Below are positions 5,542-8,178 of a stretch of 8,178 nt of DNA, in pieces. Positions within the stretch are counted from its first letter, which is position 1; each line of letters begins with the position of its first letter. The position numbers and the translations under genes are program-made. Origin of the DNA: Candidatus Auribacterota bacterium (lineage in GTDB: Bacteria > Auribacterota > UBA6266); NCBI GenBank assembly GCA_023136205.1, contig JAGLRQ010000154.1:1-8178 (forward strand). The letters are read 5' to 3'. A model generated the notes under the pieces. The model was not told where the DNA came from. It did no database searches and worked only from the letters and a program-made list of their open reading frames with translations.

Positions 5542-6690
5542 ATGACACCTTTTAAAAGAAATGTAAGCTCTCCCTTTTTCAACGCGTTAGTTCGCTTCGG
5601 CTTGTTGTGCCTTTCATTATGCGTTTCAATTGTCCTGATGGAAACAATACTACGCGTGTTTTACCCACAGCAACTGACATTCCGAAGAGAAAACAAATAC
5701 ACTGTAAGCCAATGCCTTGAAAACTGGAAAGGGGTTGTTAGATCGAATGAATATAATACCAAACTTGAATTTAACAACCGGGGGTTAAGAGGAGAGCTTG
5801 TTCCCTATCAGAGGCAAATGCCTTCTCTGCGGGTGTTTTTTTCAGGTGATTCTTTTGTAGAAGCCGCGCAGGTTGAGTTGAATAACCACTTCAGCAGGCT
5901 CACAAAGGAAATTCTGACTCAAAAGAACAACAAAAAAACAGAAACTGTTACCTGCGGCGTGGGAGGATGGGACAATGTACAACAGTTAATTTACCTGAAA
6001 AACGAGGCATATAAATACAGCCCTGATTATTTTCTTTTATTTGTATATCCCGGGAATGATATTAATGGAAATTATGGAAGATACTACAAGGAAAACCTTA
6101 AACAGTATATTAATAGAAGGGATCTTAATCTTCTCTACAGATCCACGCGGAAAGAGAATCTGTTTCTACGGCTTAAAGAATATTTGCTTTCTCACTCGCA
6201 CATTTTTACTCTTTTTAAAATTTCTCTGGAAAAAACAAAAACAAAAAGCTCTTTTGAGAAAATACAGCGGGCACTTAAGATGATAAACATCCCTGAAAAG
6301 TCTTCCAAAAATGTAACCATGGATACACAAACAACAATAGAGAAATCGTGGGAATTATTTGAATTTTTAATGAAAGATTTTTCCCTGTTCTGTGAAGAAC
6401 AGAATATTAATTTCGCGGTGGCAGTCATCCCTCATATTAATCAGATTTACTTTGATCGTTACCCCGAACAGTATAAAAAGATAGCGCGAAACCGCTGGGG
6501 CAAACCCGATGGATATTCAAAAACAATCGGCATTTTAAAACAGAATAATATTAATGTAATCGATCTATATCCCGGGTTACTAAAAAATAAAGAGCACAAT
6601 GTATATTTTCATGGAGACATGCACTGGACCCCCGAGGGACATCGTGTTGTCGCGGGCATAATAGCAGAGTATTTGCTTTCTGATATATAA
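5542..6690 (+). CDS. Membrane-anchored SGNH/GDSL-type hydrolase or polysaccharide O-acyltransferase/esterase (AlgX/AlgJ/DHHW-like C-terminal motif), 382 aa
   Basis: There is an N-terminal hydrophobic anchor 'FFNALVRFGLLCLSLCVSIVLMETIL'. SGNH blocks are present in canonical order: 'FFSGDSFVEA' (GDS, nt 5845-5853), 'CGVGGWD', 'YPGNDING' (GxND) and 'HGDMHWTPEGHRVVA' (D-x-H-W, nt 6616-6627). It is the only plus-strand gene in the window. Confidence 0.7.
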   Translation: MTPFKRNVSSPFFNALVRFGLLCLSLCVSIVLMETILRVFYPQQLTFRRENKYTVSQCLENWKGVVRSNEYNTKLEFNNRGLRGELVPYQRQMPSLRVFFSGDSFVEAAQVELNNHFSRLTKEILTQKNNKKTETVTCGVGGWDNVQQLIYLKNEAYKYSPDYFLLFVYPGNDINGNYGRYYKENLKQYINRRDLNLLYRSTRKENLFLRLKEYLLSHSHIFTLFKISLEKTKTKSSFEKIQRALKMINIPEKSSKNVTMDTQTTIEKSWELFEFLMKDFSLFCEEQNINFAVAVIPHINQIYFDRYPEQYKKIARNRWGKPDGYSKTIGILKQNNINVIDLYPGLLKNKEHNVYFHGDMHWTPEGHRVVAGIIAEYLLSDI

Positions 6691-6705
6691 AAATAATTTG
6701 TTTTT

Positions 6706-7713
6706 TTATTTTTCCAAATACTTAAACCAGTCTTTTGTAGCTTCCTCAATTTCCTTTGGTGTCCACACAGGAGCATCCTTCCAGCAGTCGATGTTATCCA
6801 GTAAAATTTTTACCCCTTCCTCAAAACTTACGTTCGGCTTCCAGTTTAATACCTTTTGTATTTTGGATATGTCAGCAAAAGTGCATTCCGGTTCGCCGGG
6901 CCGCTTTGGAATATAGGCCACTTCTCCTTTTAAAAGTTTTACAAGGGTATTTACGCTATAAGTGTCACCGCTGCCCACATTAAAAATTTCACCGGACACA
7001 CCCGACATAGCCGCGTTTATAAAAGCCTCAACTACATCAGTCACAAAGGTAAAATCACGCCTTTGGGTACCGTCACCCACAACGGTAAAAGGTTTACCAG
7101 CTAACTTTTGAGCTAAAAACACACCGAAAACCGCCCCATATGTGCCCGATGTCCGCGACCTGGGCCCGTAAACATTAAATAAACGCAAGGAAACAACCGG
7201 AAGCTTATAGATCTTTCCCCAGTGCAAAGCAATCTGCTCACCCAGATGCTTAGTAAGAGCATAGGGATATTCCGGACGAATTTCAGCATTTTCAGCAGTG
7301 GGACAGCAGTCAGGAATACCATAACAGGAAGAAGAAGCCGTATAGAGAAATTTTTTCAGGTTCGGCGACATTTCACGCGCGGCTTCTAAAACACTTATGG
7401 TTCCATCAACATTTGCCCTGTGATAAGACAAGGGATTGACAATCGATGGAACAATATCAGCCAGTGCCGCCATATGAAAAACATAAGATACACCCTTGAA
7501 ATATTTCTTTATACCGGCAATATCATTAACATCCGCTTCCACTAACTCAAAATTTTTATTTTCCTTAAAAGAAGCCAGGTTTTCTATTCTGCCGGTGGAC
7601 AAATTATCTATAGCTACAACATAACAACCGTTTTTCAATAAAGTTTCCGCCAAATGACTGCCGATAAATCCGGCGCCGCCGGTTACTATACACTTAACTA
7701 AATTAGTCTTCAT
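6706..7713 (-). CDS. NAD-dependent nucleotide-sugar epimerase (extended SDR, GalE/WbpP-like rather than 4,6-dehydratase-like), 335 aa
   Basis: It has the Rossmann motif 'VTGGAGFIGSHL', the catalytic 'ASSSCYG' Ser region without the Asp-Glu pair of 4,6-dehydratases, the YxxxK motif 'YALTK', and 'LFNVYGPR' and 'GDGTQRRDFTFVTDVV'. The ORF track's TTG start at 7842 adds 43 non-homologous residues. The ATG at 7713 ('MKTNLVKCIVTGGAG') has GGAGG 9 nt upstream and overlaps the upstream gene's end by 11 nt. Confidence 0.85.
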   Translation of the reverse strand: MKTNLVKCIVTGGAGFIGSHLAETLLKNGCYVVAIDNLSTGRIENLASFKENKNFELVEADVNDIAGIKKYFKGVSYVFHMAALADIVPSIVNPLSYHRANVDGTISVLEAAREMSPNLKKFLYTASSSCYGIPDCCPTAENAEIRPEYPYALTKHLGEQIALHWGKIYKLPVVSLRLFNVYGPRSRTSGTYGAVFGVFLAQKLAGKPFTVVGDGTQRRDFTFVTDVVEAFINAAMSGVSGEIFNVGSGDTYSVNTLVKLLKGEVAYIPKRPGEPECTFADISKIQKVLNWKPNVSFEEGVKILLDNIDCWKDAPVWTPKEIEEATKDWFKYLEK

Positions 7714-8178
7714 CCTTGCCCGCCTCCGCATGTTTTGTATTCCAGGCCAACCGGGGCCGCACAACACCAATCCAGGTGCCAAAAAACTCCTTACGCATCT
7801 CACCTGAATCATAAACGTGAAATGACACCGCGTAATCTTCAAGGACCTGGGTGTCAGATACCCCCCTGCCTACAATAGCTGTAACACTATACAATCCTTC
7901 ATTTAGAAAATTGCCGGGAATACGGCAAACAGACTGAAAAAGGCCCGCAGGATAAGAACGTCCGCTCCAGGGATCAGCCGTCAAGGAAATTGATTTGTGA
8001 TTGGTTGACGCGAGCACAAACGTACCTGTCTGATCCCTTAACCAAATCGCGGGGTAAAGCAACGCTCCTTCCTGTAAATTCCAATAGCTGATCTGAATAA
8101 GTATTTCTTTTGAAATATCTACATCTGCCACAGGGCCCTCAATATCCTCCTGTAGAATACGAACCGCGTGTAAACGGA
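7703..8178 (-). CDS. 3' end of a polysaccharide ABC-transporter ATP-binding protein (Wzt/TagH-like); only the C-terminal beta-sandwich, Wzt_C-type domain is in the window (partial CDS)
   Basis: The reading frame stays open from the listed GTG (8131) up to the window edge ('RLHAVRILQEDIEGP' upstream). The pattern 'V.I......G......I...E.L.I.I.Y.......L...I.....G..V..T.......L.......G.....C.IP...L..G.Y.V...V........VLED....F.V' resembles the C-terminal carbohydrate-binding domain of O-antigen ABC-transporter ATPases. The nucleotide-binding domain would lie beyond position 8178. Confidence 0.6.
   Translation of the reverse strand, partial: RLHAVRILQEDIEGPVADVDISKEILIQISYWNLQEGALLYPAIWLRDQTGTFVLASTNHKSISLTADPWSGRSYPAGLFQSVCRIPGNFLNEGLYSVTAIVGRGVSDTQVLEDYAVSFHVYDSGEMRKEFFGTWIGVVRPRLAWNTKHAEAGKDED

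Noticed and set aside
5542-6690. Idea that the inverted SGNH gene is a recently inserted mobile cassette.
   Set aside because: I found no flanking inverted or direct repeats, no transposase or integrase, and no tRNA target. I could not establish any compositional difference without computation.
7714-7842. N-terminal extension of the epimerase ORF (TTG start at 7842, 43 extra residues).
   Set aside because: The extension overlaps the 3' end of the Wzt-like gene in another frame and is Cys/Arg-rich nonsense. The Rossmann motif begins right after the ATG at 7713, which has a GGAGG upstream.
1-8178. Scan for CRISPR arrays, tRNA/rRNA genes, tandem repeats and IS elements.
   Set aside because: Almost the whole window is occupied by contiguous protein-coding sequence. 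The only non-coding stretches (about 2131-2177, 5349-5541 and 6691-6705) are too short and show no repeat-spacer or cloverleaf-like organisation.

Overview
This window looks like part of a cell-surface polysaccharide (O-antigen, capsule or S-layer glycan type) biosynthesis locus from a moderately AT-rich bacterium. Eight of the nine genes lie on the minus strand. Reading in the direction of transcription, there is first the 3' end of a Wzt/TagH-like polysaccharide ABC-transporter ATPase (only its C-terminal carbohydrate-binding-type domain is in the window). It overlaps an extended-SDR NAD-dependent sugar epimerase. After a single plus-strand gene (a membrane-anchored SGNH/GDSL-type esterase or acyltransferase) and a divergent promoter region comes a tightly packed operon: an HldE-like nucleotidyltransferase + PfkB kinase fusion with swapped domain order, a GmhA-like SIS phosphoheptose isomerase, a radical SAM enzyme with a SPASM/twitch-type C-terminus, a split transketolase whose second subunit is truncated to the Pyr domain, and a GT2 glycosyltransferase. 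I saw no rRNA, tRNA, CRISPR array, transposase, integrase or long repeat. The most interesting candidate is the isomerase/kinase/nucleotidyltransferase + radical SAM + thiamine-diphosphate (ThDP) transketolase module. It does not match the textbook ADP- or GDP-heptose pathways and may make a nucleotide-activated, radically tailored or chain-extended heptose or higher-carbon sugar. All homology calls come from motif recognition by eye and were not confirmed by any search.
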